Source: Mobula hypostoma (taxonomy: Eukaryota). From it: DNA of 64,000 bases. The notes beneath the pieces were generated by a model. It did not search any database, was not told the DNA's origin, and was given only the letters and a program-made list of their open reading frames with translations. The stretch's first letter is position 1, and every line of letters begins with the position of its first letter. The stretch lies in assembly GCF_963921235.1 (NCBI RefSeq), contig NC_086109.1, positions 28,336,001-28,400,000 of the forward strand, read 5' to 3'. The translations under genes were made by a program, and so were the position numbers. Shown piece by piece: positions 11,851 to 24,353 of the stretch.

Positions 11851-13349
11851 CTGTGGCAGAATACCCTTCACATGAAGCTTAGATGTTCTATATTCAATTA
11901 ACTTACTGAAAAATGACTGAAGTTGAAACTCTTAAATAAATTTCCAACTACACCCGCAGTGTTCATTCTAAATAACCGAAAAATGTAAGTTGATATTACC
12001 TGATAAACAAAGCCTTATTTGCTTCTGTCACGGTTATAGAGTTTCTACATTTTTATAATCTGCTCACACAAGCTAATTGTGATAAAAAAAATGCTATTAA
12101 ATCTGTAAGAATGTATGTGTTCCTGCTATTTTAATATAAATTCCAAGCGTGAATTTATGATATGAAGAAATAGTGAAGGAAATAGATAGCTAATGTTGTG
12201 AATATAGAATTATCAGGATGTAGCTGCTACTGAAATTCACATGGGAGCAATTTCATTTAAGTTGACTAGATTTCATTTTAAATTGTTATTATGTTGGCAA
12301 TATGCTGCATGATATTAGTTTTAAAATGCTCAATGTGCCTTTTTCCCTTTCATTTTACTTAAAAAAAACCATGAATGGTAAACATGGTTCAACTTAAAAA
12401 AAAGACTGGCACATATTACTCCAGGGCTTGGATAGTGATGTTTTTTAATTGGCAATATTCCACGCACTCCTCTCAACATCCCACAACCTATGAAACACGT
12501 TAGGAAATTTTACCATGCAGTTAAAAAAAACACCAGTTTATATATTCACACTCGCACAGAGCTCTTTATAAGAGAAATGTGATGAGTGGATGTACAAAAA
12601 GGTTAGTTCAAGGAGATTGAAATTTTTCCATGGTTGCTTGCACTAAATTTTTCCTCCTCTTCTCAAATGTTGTTCCAAAATACAAAACATCCCAAATCAT
12701 CACCATATCAAGCATTTATCATCTATGGCCAATGGTGAATTTCTGTCTCGTGGTGTTTAAGAGTAGGTGGCTGAAAACATCTGTAACTGTTTACAGAAGT
12801 TAACATGTAACATGCTTTTCCAAACTGAACAGATTGGTGTTTTTGGCTGGTAAATCACAAATGACGTTTATAAAATAAGGCTCTATAAAAATTCAAACCC
12901 TTCATGCTGAAATGCACCATCTTATCTGGACAAACAAAAGTGATGATTCTTTAATGTTCTTGTGGATTTATGGTTCATTATCTTAGGGAAAAAGATACAG
13001 TAAGTTCTGAACAATAATAAGATAAATGCAAAAAATATCAGCATTGATGCAATATTTTTATATTTTATAAGATGGTTTTGTTTCAATTTTTATTACTAAC
13101 TCGGGACTGGATTTTGCATGAGGCAACTAGTAATGGGTGGTTAAATCCATTTTAGCCCCTCTTTAGAGTTTGCCATTACAAATGGATTATGCCTATAACA
13201 TCATTTAAATGTTCATCTGTGACTGATGAGGTAGGGTGCATGGTATGTGTTGAGACAGGGATTGGTGGCAAAATGGAATAAAATTTGGATGAGTTCAAAA
13301 TTATTCGCTGACAGTTCAGCTGCATGCAAAAATAATTAAACCTGAAGCA

Positions 13350-13562
13350 GAGTAACGCAAACAAAATGATGGAGGAACAGAGCAGGTCAGGTAGCATCTA
13401 CAGAGAGGAATGAAGAAGTGATGTTTCAGGCCAAGGCTCTTCATAAGGATCGAAACATTGGCTCTTCACTCCTCTCCAAAGATGCTGACTGACCTGCTGA
13501 GTTCCTTTAGCATTTTATCTGTGTTACTCTGGATTTCCAGCATCTGCAGAATTTCTTGCATT
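13350..13562. mobile_element. Older palindromic PLE-terminus element
   Basis: Inverted arms around ~13450 (gcaggtcaggtagcatc ... gatgctgactgacctgc), terminal ggatttccagcatctgcagaatttcttg, degenerate flanking duplication (aaacctgaagcaga / aaatcctaagcaga). Confidence 0.65.
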
Positions 13563-14138
13563 TAAATCCTAAGCAGAATCTCCATTGCAGCCAGCAACAT
13601 GCCTAGCCAAAGATGAATATCCTAATATAAACTGCATTGCTCCCCTGAATCTTGTAATGAAATGACCTTCAGCTCTTGTTGACAGAACATCAGAAGACAT
13701 TAACCAATAACTCTACTTGGAAGGTTAGTATTTAACTTCAGTAGACAAGCAACCTCCTGAGATATACTTGGTTTGAGCTTTCAAACCTTCAGATATCTCA
13801 GGTATAATATCCATTGGCAATTCTTTCTAACCACTGCTGGTGCCATTTAACCATAAAAAATGTGCCTTTTCCCTAATTTCTTCTTTATTCTGACACCATA
13901 GAATTCTTTGAGTCAATAGAAGAGATTAATTTTGTTGTATTTATATCATACAACAGTTCTAAAGTAATTCTTGTCTGTAAGCCCTTGCATTGTGCCAAAA
14001 CATGTTTGAACCAGGTACTTAAACTGTAAAGGGGCAGCAAGAAAGCAAACAACCAATAAATGAGAGACAGGTTTATCACCAGCATATCCAGACAATAGGT
14101 TTAGCATCCTACATTACAATAGAGGCTACTCTTCAGAA

Positions 14139-14219
14139 CAAGGGTTCCCAACGTTTTTTTATGTCATGGACCCCTACCATTAACTGAGGTGTCTGTGGAC
14201 CCCAGGATGGGAACCCCTG
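14139..14219. mobile_element. hAT (Charlie-type) MITE, 81 bp
   Basis: TIRs caagggttccca / tgggaacccctg; 8-bp TSD cttcagaa (14131-14138) / ctttagaa (14220-14227). Confidence 0.8.
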
Positions 14220-15502
14220 CTTTAGAAGTATGAATTTCATTGTAGAGTGCCTTGAGATGCCCCTGATATGGTGAAATGCATTGAACGGATGCAGGTTCAT
14301 TTCACACAGGTTTTGTGAATTACCCACTTTGAGTGCAACTCTTGCAATCAATGCTTTTTTGCTAGGAAGAAGGTACGAAAAAAAGCGTAGTCAATTGAGC
14401 TGCGTCGATTGATATATATTTGGACAAAAATAGTATAAATTCCCCGTGGACTATTTGTTTTGAAAGCTAAATATAGACTAGACATGGGTGAATAGCCTAT
14501 ACATGAAAGTTCAAAGGCTCGTTATTTCAAAAATAGAGAAAATACCACAACCAAGTATAATACATCATATGACTGACTAAATGTGACTTGCTAAATTTAT
14601 CAGTTACATAACAAGGGTCCTTTTTTTAGTTACAAATTACTTTTCACTGTATGGAAAACTTGCTCTGTAAACATTGCACAGCTCTGTAGAATTCCTTTGT
14701 TTTTTTCAACCCTAAGTACTAAAACCTGACTGAACTTGGCGATAATTAGCACCTTACCAATAAACTAGTCAACTCAAGATTTACCTACTTATAAAAAGAA
14801 AGGAAGAGTTAATGCATCCTCTAAAACGCAAGCCCAATTTTAACATGAATTAGCCAATATAATAACTCGCATTTCGATAGTTCTACTGAGATTGAATGCT
14901 CCAGAGTGATTTACCTGAGAGCACTAACACTAGACAGCAGACAGGACAGATTAACAAGGAAGGTACTAGAAGCTCATTGACAAATGCTGTAGATCATATT
15001 GACAAACTATTGCTGCATCAAGTGATTTAACCATCTCCTTCTCTGACATTCTGACAACAAGGATACAAATTACAACTTTATTTCTTGGAAGGTAATTTCC
15101 CAATCAATGCTTAACTATTCACCTCTATTCAAGCAACATTCTAGTGTTTCATTCCAGCTGTGGTCTAATTCTATATCAATATACTATATACAAGTATATA
15201 CACATATAATAATAAGGGATGCTGGAAATGGTTTAATAAGCTTTTACTGCACCAGAAACAAAGTACATCATCACATTGAAGTAACGCTTCTGGTTTCCGT
15301 GCCTATTATACTGATCATCAGGTAAAGCATGACAGAAGAGAGTTGCTTCTGTGCTATACAGTATTTTTTGTGTTGCTACCATTGCAGGCAAAATCAGTAT
15401 TTATTGCCATATTTAAAAGTTGTATTAATTATCCATCCTTGTGTTCAAAAGGATGCATTCCACTGTCCAGCCAGATGGCTTGCTTGCTGCCCTAGCCATT
15501 AC

Positions 15503-15666
15503 ATGATCAAAACAATCAAGCATTCGGAGATCTCATGGGTGTCCTTAACTGAGAGGGAGAAGCAGAACCTTGAGGAAAGTGTCTTTAGGCCAAAGGACAC
15601 CTCTGTGTCTGTAGCATTTCCTTGTGCACTTTTGGCTTTCTCCGAATGCTTGATTGTTTTGATCAT
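15503..15666. repeat. Perfect 28-bp inverted repeat with 108-bp spacer
   Basis: atgatcaaaacaatcaagcattcggaga (15503-15530) and its exact reverse complement at 15639-15666. Confidence 0.9.
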
Positions 15667-17911
15667 TGTGCTGCAGTCATTAATTTTTTTTGCAGTCATT
15701 ACCCCTCCTCCCCCTTTAGATTAATGCAACGTAAAACTCTATATGTACAAACATTCGATTTCCCTTTCTTTAACCCATATCCAATATAAATGTGCTTTCA
15801 CAATAACAGTCTACAACTAACATCACAGTTCTAAAGGTTCAGTCTTTTGGGTGGTGCTCTGTTTCTTTCAAGATAGCGCCTCCGTTCCTGTGGAGTGGGA
15901 TCAGGTTTGGCAGGTGTCTTTTCAACGATAGTATTCTCATTGCCCCTCTGCACCTGTAGAGTGACATTGGGTTTGGTAGGTGTCTTGTCCAAGACAACAT
16001 TCTCAGTTTCCCATGGCACATTGCTGTCAGTGACATGATCATCACTGTGAGACAAGATAGACACACTGTATTGTGTCTATCTTGTTGGATGCAATCAACT
16101 TAGGTGTGTACTTTGGTTGAGCATCCTGTATCTGGTCTACATGACACCTCCATGTGTGATCTCCAACATCCACTGTGTATATCAGTGGCCCATTTCTTGT
16201 GGCTATCCCACCAGGTGTCCACTTGTCTTCTTGGTCATCACGCGCTAGGAATTCCTGTTCAATTTCAAAGCTACTTGCTACTTCACTTGGCAACTGGCTG
16301 AACTGTTTATTCTGCACTTCCTTCCATTGATCTGGTTTCAGGAGGTCAATGTGAGCTCTCAGATTCCTACTCATGAACAACATTGCAGGTGTTTGATTTG
16401 TCATTGCATGAACAGAGTTCCAATACACCAGAAAGAAATTGTCCACCTTGTGCTGTAGAGAAATGTCCTCCTTGTCCATTCTTTAATGGACTTCTTGGAG
16501 GTCTCGATAAACCTTTCAGCTAGCCCATTCGTTGCTGTGGTGAGGAGTTGATTTGAAGTGTCTGATGCCATTTTTCTTCATGAAGAATTGGAATTCTTCT
16601 GCCATGTTTTGTGGTCTGTTGTCACTCACAATTTGTTCAGGTAAGCCGTTTCTGATGAAGATAGTCCTAAGGACAGAGGTAGTCTTTGCTGAGGTAGTTG
16701 ACTTCATTGGTATTACCTCCAGTCACTTCGAATGAGCATCCAGAGCAATCAGAAACATGGAGTCCATGAATGGCCCAGCAAAGTCAATATGTACTCTTTG
16801 CCTTGGTGACTGCGGCCACTTCCACGGGTATAACAGTGTCTTTGGGGGTGCAATTTGATCTTTTTGGCATCCCAAACGGCTAAAGGTAAGTCTTCAATCT
16901 GTTTATCTATTTCTGGCCATCACACATAGCTCCGGGTGAGACCCTTCATCTTGCTGTACCCAGGTATCCTCCATGCAGATTTTCTAATACTCTGGAGTGT
17001 AGTTTACAGGGAAGCACAACTAGGATCCACACATCAGAGTTCTTTGATATATTGATAGTTGGTCTTGTCTCACTGAGAACTCTGGAAACAGAAGGTTACC
17101 ATGAGCTGGCCATTCTTACAAAGTAATTTCATAGACTTTTAACAATGTTGGGTCATTCCTTATTTCCCGTTGTATTTTGGAATTTGTTACCAGCAACTTG
17201 TCCACCAAGTGAGTCACTGTATGGAGATTTTTCTTCAATTGCCAATAGTGGAAGACATAACAAGCCATTGGCATTGTTATGTTGTTTGGTACCTTTGAAC
17301 TCAATGTCACCAGAGTGGTCTCCTAGGAATAGTGTCCAACGTTGTAATCGGGTAGCAGTCATCACTGGAATCCCCTTCCTGGATTGATAATGGACACAAT
17401 GGGCTGGTGATCTCTCACTAAAGTAAATTTTTTTCTGTTGAAGTAGTGGTGGAACTTCTTTACTTCCCATACTAGACTGATGGCCTCTCAGTCGATCTGT
17501 GTGTAGTTGCTTTCTGTGCTTGAAACTTATTAGTCTCTTTCAGATGTTATTGGTCTCTTTGTTGCCTTGGATGCTCTTTCACATCTTTCTGACCATTTAC
17601 ACTTTGCTCCTGTCTGTAACAGTGCGTTCAATCTATGTAACACTGAAGCATGTTTGGGAGAAACCGATGGTAGTAGTTTTACAAGGCCCAAGTATTACCT
17701 GAGTTGTGACACATTTCCCAGTTTGGGTGCCTGTAGCACTGCTTCAATCTTCTCTTGTGACTTAGGTAAGTACTGCTTGTCAATGACATGTCCACAACAT
17801 GTGATTTCATGCTTGAAAAACTCACATTTCTCTCTCTTTGTGCACAGACTATGCCCACTCAGCTTGATAAACACTTTACCAAGGTTCTGGAGAAGCTCTT
17901 CACCATTTTTG

Positions 17912-18603
17912 TGTAAGGGAGTTTCGACTTTTAGATTACTGCGGAGGCTAATTAAAATGGCTTCTTTGTTATGTTAATCTGGGGAATGCGGCTTTGTTGT
18001 GTTAAACGCTGAGAAAGTTTGTGCTAGCAGCTTGTTTTTCTTTAGAGTGTGATAAGAGAGTGCTTTTAACCAATTGGGATAGTTGTTATGGTTTTGGTAT
18101 ATTTGAAGATACTGTATGCGCGGGGTTTTGGGGCAGAAGGCGGGAGAGCGAGACAGCGGATGGACGAGGCGCTGTGATGTTCACTAACGGGGTCAGACCC
18201 CGAGGAGGGCGTTCAGTGAGGAGACGGAGATGGACTCTTGTGGAGCGTCTGGTTGACCACCATTACTGGTCCCAGGCGGCCGGTCGAGGTGGTCCGAGGG
18301 GTCACAGGGTGAAGAAGAAGGTCCTTGAGCTCCAACTGTTTGTGCATGAAGAGATTGAACTTTGATAAGTGTAGCGCCTTTTATTTTCCTTTTATATTTT
18401 ATTCTATCTTAATTATATAGTTCCAGTAATATCTATAAACTGTAAATCATTTAATCGTATCTGGTGTATTTTCGGTTATTTGGGCGGGGTGGGGTACATC
18501 ACACAGCATCTACACAAACGAATTATCCAGTTTGATGGGGCCAAGGCTGTTTCCCTAGACGACAGTGAGCCGAGTGACCCTGAGGGTGGCCAGGGCTGCT
18601 ACA
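17912..18603. mobile_element. Solo LTR (692 bp) inserted in the Gypsy RT
   Basis: TG...CA termini; 4-bp TSD tttg at 17908-17911 and 18604-18607; removal restores DDIIMTSK|NGEELLQNL; CpG-rich. Confidence 0.85.
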
Positions 18604-20515
18604 TTTGCTAGTCATGATGATGTCATCAACATTCTGTTCCTGAGATATCTTGGAGCACTTGGTCCATTGCTCTTTGCCAAATTGCTGGAGCTGATGCGAT
18701 GCCAAAGATGAGACAATAAATCTGCGGAAGTCCCTTGTGAGTGTAGATTGTGAGGAACTCCCTGCTTGACTCCCCAATCTCCATTTAGAGATAGGCCTGT
18801 GACAAATCAATCTTTGAAAATCTCTTCCCACCTGCCAAAGATGCAAAAATGTCTTATATTCATGGCAGGGGATACTGCACAGTATGCAGCACTGAGTTGA
18901 TGCTCAATTTTAAATCCCCACATATGTGAACAGCTCTGGCCTTCCCTTTCTTAATCACTGGGACAATGGGCATGGCCCAATTGCTCCACTCAAACTTGTA
19001 GAGAATTCCAGATGCCTCCAAACTCTGGAGTTCAGTGTCCACATTAGGACATAAAGCGTAAGGCACTGGATGTGCTTTATGGAATCTTGGTATTACTGTT
19101 TCATCCAGTTCAATTCTGTCCGTCATGCCCTTAAGCTTACCTATACCATTCTGAAACAGCTTCTCATTAGCATTAAGCTGCTGTGCTAGTCTCTGGTTAG
19201 TGCAACCATTGGGGCTGAAGTTGCCTGTTGATGCCACACTGAGAGCTTTGACTGAGTGCCAGTTGGGTTGGATTTTTCTCAACTATTCATGCCTGAAAAG
19301 TGCTGGCCCTCCACTTTACAATACATAATGTTCTATCTTCTGTGTCTGGCCTCCATACGTCGCATTCACTGTCTGTTTGCCTTTGGGAGACTCTTTTTCA
19401 CCTGTGTAGGTCTTTAGCATCACTGAGGTCTTCTCTAATGGTACCTTAGAAAACAGTCTGTTGTAGTCAGGCTTTGGAATTATGGACAAAACTGATCCTG
19501 TATCCAGCTCCATTTTTAGTTTTACATCAGACACATCTCTTGTGATCCATATACTATGCAGTTCAAGGCCAGACAGTAAACCTTCATCAGACTCTATGTT
19601 GTCTATTTCTGTTTTATGTTTAGTAATTTTATGCATTTGCTTAGTTTTGTGTTTGAGACTTTTCACTCGGTTATGCTTTTTATCTGTCTTGCACACTCTT
19701 TCTATGTGACCTCGTCTGTGACACATTCTGCATACTTTTTCTTTGAATCAACAGTCATTTGCATCATGGGGCGATATGCAACATCAATAACATCTTTGGC
19801 TTTTTTGCGTCATTCAGGGACTCTTTGTGTATTTCACATTCTAACCTTTTCTGTAGTTCTGCTGCAGTCCCCAACGATATTTCAATGATCAATTCCCATT
19901 CTAAGGTTAGGTCTATTTCTGATAATAGCCTCTTTTGAGTGCTTTGACTATGCATCCCACATAGAACATCAGAAAGTCCATCTCTAAAGTCACAGTACTG
20001 GGAAAGTTTGTAAAATTCTTCAATGTATTCAGAAATGTCTTCATCTTTTGACTGGTTCCTTCTGTAAAATCTAAATCTCTCAACTATAGCCAGCAGTTTA
20101 GGTCTCAAATTATTTTGTAAAATTTTAAGAATTTCATTGAACATCTTGCTTGCTGGCTTTTCAGGGGTTACTTGGTTGTGTAAAAGACTGAACGTACCTG
20201 CACCCTTTAAGCTAAGAAATGTAGGGGCTTTCTTTCACTCGTCCACATTGTTCGCATTACAGTATGGTTCATCCCTCTCGATATACAATTCATAGCCTTT
20301 ATTAGTGCTATCAAATTTATCAACTTTCCCGACTGAAGCCATCGCCACATTATCTTCACTTTAAATTCAGCGCGTCTTTCACTGTTACTCACACGTTCCT
20401 TTGTTAGCGTCTGTGACGGCCTTCTCATGCTGTTGAACTCTTGCTGTTTCATCCTGTAACTGTCAATGCAGTTGGTGATATTCTCTGACATTCATGTTCA
20501 TACTCATTGCCAATT

Positions 20516-20717
20516 TGTTGTGTCTGTAAAAATACCTATCAATTAGATAATTTGATCACGCAGGAGATGCTGTTAACTGGTGTAGTCACATTGTAGCAAG
20601 AGAGAGAAAACAATGTGCATGTGTAGACAACAGTGCATGTGCAGACAACAGATCAGTATGTAGTACTGGGGGCGAGGAGGGGCCATTGCTCTAAAAGAAA
20701 TAGATCCATACATTACA
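20516..20717 (-). repeat. Putative 5' LTR of the Gypsy element
   Basis: Minus strand TGTAATG...ACAACA directly followed by the PBS-like motif; contains a tandem gtgcatgtg(t/c)agacaaca. Confidence 0.6.
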
Positions 20718-21501
20718 GTGGTGTTTCGTCCATGAGAAACCAATCAAGTCAAAATAAAAAGGACATACTGTGTGTGTTGACAGAGCGTTGCATGCCACAA
20801 TTTCACCAATAGGAGGAGTGGAAACCAACCAACATAAAGCCTGTTAAAGACCTTAGGCAGCTGGCTAAGTTACAGCTCTGGGCATTGCCAACAGTCAAAT
20901 ACGTCAAGCATATTGAACCCTTTTTTCAAGGAATATTATTAAGGTACTAACAATTGTGCTTCTGGTTTATCAGTTGTGTAAGTAAGAAGATGCATCATTT
21001 TTGAAAAGGAATCACAAAACACAAAACCTCTATCAGAAATGTCTCAGTACTGAATCCTGTTGGATTAATCTGGACACATGTTTCAATGTGAATATAAAGA
21101 CTTTGTTCTACAGACTTTATGAATTGTCTACAAAGAGCTAATGCAGTATATATAAAATGGATTGAGGAAAATCACAGGACATTCTATATTACAGTTCATA
21201 CTTTGGAGACATTTAGTTTCATTTTTACAGTACTTGGTGTTCCTGATGAGACTGTACCAGCAAATTATCTGTGATTACAGTAATTTCAGCATGAACAATT
21301 TGTAAAAATAAACGGCACCAAATATCACTTCACATTGTCTGGTCTCAAACGGGGAATCTGACAGAGAACTCATGGAGGAAAAGAAGCATTCTCAAAGCAA
21401 GTCAGGGAAAACAACAAATATGACAATAAGGCATCAACTTTTGGACATTTTTCTGAACAAAGGATTGCTGCTTTGTTCTATTATTATGTATCCTCCTAGA
21501 C

Positions 21502-21581
21502 CAGGGGTTCCCAACCTGGGATCCACGATCCCCTTGCTTAATGATATTGGTCCATGGCATAAAAAAGGTTGGGAACCCTTG
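21502..21581. mobile_element. hAT MITE, same family as 14139-14219, opposite orientation
   Basis: TIRs caggggttcccaacc / ggttgggaacccttg; flanks tcctagac / ctctagag resemble an NTCTAGAN target. Confidence 0.8.
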
Positions 21582-22099
21582 CTCTAGAGAAAAGATGATT
21601 CTTAGAAGATATAGGGTACATCTGAGCTTGATTCCCACAATCCTGTAAGGGAAGGTGAAAGAAAGGCAATTTAGACAAAGCAAACATCACATTTGTTTTA
21701 AGGAAAAGTTCAGCCTACGCATTAAGGTTAGTATTACGAAGCTAGCACTCAGCTGTGAGAAAGCAGAGAGATTGTGGAGATATACTTTTCAAGAATTATC
21801 TCTGATGAGGTGATGAAAGATTCAGAAATCTTAATTTTGACTGCTTGATCTAACACGTTACTGAAGAAAATAACAAGGGAATTTGTAAGCTTGAATTTGC
21901 TTCTAAAGTGTGATCTTTTGCAGATGAAGAAGAGTCAACACAGAAGATCACAATGACCATCAAGAATTGACACCTTCCCAAACCCAGATGTGGATGATGT
22001 ACAAATAGCATCTGAAAGGCTTTTAAAGGCAACATAGGCAACACTAAAATGGTTAAAAAAAACAAAACAAAATTCAGAACCTAATCTAATATTTAAACC

Positions 22100-22760
22100 T
22101 TTAGAGTCTTAGAGAGTCACAGAGTACTACGGACAGAAACAGGCTCTTTGGCTTATCTAGTCAGTGCCATCCTGGTCCTCTGCTCAGTCCCATCTGCTTG
22201 CACCTGGACCACATCTCTCCATACATTTCTCATCCATGTACCTATCCAAACTTCTCTTAAATATTACAATTGACCTTGCATCTATTACTTCTGCTGGCAG
22301 ATCTTTCCATACTTGTTCCTGCCTCTGTGTGAAGAAGTTCCCATCAGATTCCCTTTGAATCGTTTACCTTTCGCCCTAAACCTGTGATTTCTAGATCTAG
22401 TCTCACCAAAAGTGAGGGAAAAATTCCTACAAGACCCTACTTATATCCCTGATAATTTTGTGTACCTTGATAATATTTCCCCTCTTTCTCTTGTGCTTCA
22501 GCGAAACATGTCTTAAGTCTATTCAATTTTTTCCTGTAACTCAGGTCTTCAGGTCCTAGCAACATCCTTGTAAATTTTCTCTGCAATCATCCAAATGTAT
22601 TGATATCTTTCCTGTATGTAGGTGATGAGAACTGCATACAATATTCCAAATGTGGTCTCACCAACATCTTATACTACAACATAATATCCCAACTCCTGTA
22701 TTCAATGTCCTGATATACAAAGACTAATGTGCCAAAAGCTCTCTTTATGACGCTTTGAAT
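22100..22760 (-). mobile_element. Decayed CR1 3' fragment
   Basis: Minus strand MLVRPHLEYCMQFSSP, KDINTFG..QRKFTRMLL; (agagtc)n tail at ~22100-22125. Confidence 0.7.
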
Positions 22761-23879
22761 CGATCAAGGTAGCTAAATTAGATTATTTTTTTCTTTCCTT
22801 CCTATGCAGTATATCTAAATCAATGGTGATACACTTCCTAAAACGTGTGCGCATGTGAACATTCTAAGTACTTTCCAAATACACTGGACACACATTTTAG
22901 ATTTCTCTGTTTTTTGCACACTTAGCATGCAAATTCTCTGAAAACCCACAATGATAAATACACTACACAGCTGAACTTCTATTAAAAAAACATTTGCGGG
23001 GAATGAAGCAAAGAAACATTCATGAGCTGAAAACTCATGATGCGAAATTGATTCTGTAAGCGGAAAAGGCAAAAACCAAGGGGAAAAGTATAAAAATAAC
23101 ATACTTTGTCCACATCACAATATTATACAATAAATCATGCTCACATTTTTTGATAGCTTACGATTTTTATAACAGGAGGAAACTATTAAATTATTTATAG
23201 TGACCTTGTTAGAAGTCAATTCAAAAAGTCTTGTGATTTGAGTCATTTTTGATTTGCTGTGCAATGGTTTTCATTTCATATGATTCTTCACATTTGTTAT
23301 ATTGGCTCAAGTTTACTAAAGCACATAGATTATTTTTGCTTCTAACTTTTACAGACCTGTGAGGAATATAACCCACATAGAAAATGAAATAAACTTTGGA
23401 TAAAGATAATATTGAAATGACAACAATCTTTTTTTTAAATATTGACTTTGTTCCTTTCTTAAGCTGGCAGGAAATTTACCTTGGTCAGTGATGAAACCTC
23501 AACTCAATTCTTCCTTCAGCAGGGAATGAGCATTGAATGGGAGATATTAAGCTTCAGACAAACCTCTGTGCAAACATTCAAGCTCCTCTTCTTTTGGATG
23601 TTTTGATTAATTAAATCATTTCAAAATGATGTTTCTAGGCATGAATGAAGAGGCAGAAATGGATCCATGGTGTGGTTCTTTAGCTCACTCCCGCCCCAGA
23701 GTCAGTGACAAAAGTGTCAAATGCCACTCCAGTTACCTAAACAAAAAATCTGAGCCGGTGTAATATTAGACTTAGTTTTATGTAGTTATATGTACTGACT
23801 TCCTGACAAGGCACAAGACCAGGCATTATCTGCAGTTAGATGCACATTAAAAATTTCATTGCACTGGCTTTTCACCCTG

Positions 23880-24200
23880 CGTAGCATCAACAGGGTGGAT
23901 GAGGAGAAAATGTTCACTCTTGTGATAGGATCAAGGACCAGGTGTCACTAATTAAAAATGAGAAGGTGCCTCTTCACAACAGAAGTGAGGTGATTTTTTT
24001 CTCCCTGAAGTTGGGAGCCTTTGTATCTTTCATCATGGAAACAAAGATTTTTGGATAGTTTTAAAGCAGAGGATAAAGGTTTACCAGAGGTAGAGGGAAT
24101 GGGAAGTTGAAGTCACAATCACATCATCCATGATCTTATGAAATGCTGGAGCTGGCTTGAGGGACTGAATGAACAAGCCTTGCTCCTTATTCAAGACTTT
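23880..24200 (+). mobile_element. Decayed CR1 3' end
   Basis: NRVDEEKMFTLV..SRTRCH.LKMRRCLFTTEVR..FS motif; 3' UTR ggcttgagggactgaatga..cttgctcct. Confidence 0.6.
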
Positions 24201-24353
24201 GTACAATGATTTGAAGAAGATTATTCTGGAATTTTGAGCAATATTGTTATTCAAATAAAAGCCAAATAAGGATCAGATGATTGACTTTTGATGTATGGTA
24301 TTCAATGGGAGCTTTCTGTGTGCAATACCTGCCAAATGATTTGGATGAAGGAA

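Larger units (their letters stand above)
15702..20717 (-). mobile_element. Decayed Gypsy/Ty3 LTR retrotransposon (gag, PR, RT, RH, IN); 5' LTR present, 3' LTR not found
   Basis: gag start MASVGKVDKFD (~20345); ERFRFYRRNQ..E; knuckle CHRRGHIERVC; protease MELDTGS; RT WAMPIVPV..ICGDLK and DDII; RH ATRLQRW; IN RVHIDFAGPF and GLPEQIVSDN. PBS-like tggcaatgag at 20503-20512, PPT at 15702-15717. Many stops and frameshifts. Confidence 0.9.

Noticed and set aside
21231..21274. Plus-strand acceptor followed by LGVPDETVPANYL*, reminiscent of an SH3 end
   Set aside because: Too short, no partner exons found, and the SH3 glycine/tryptophan context is absent.
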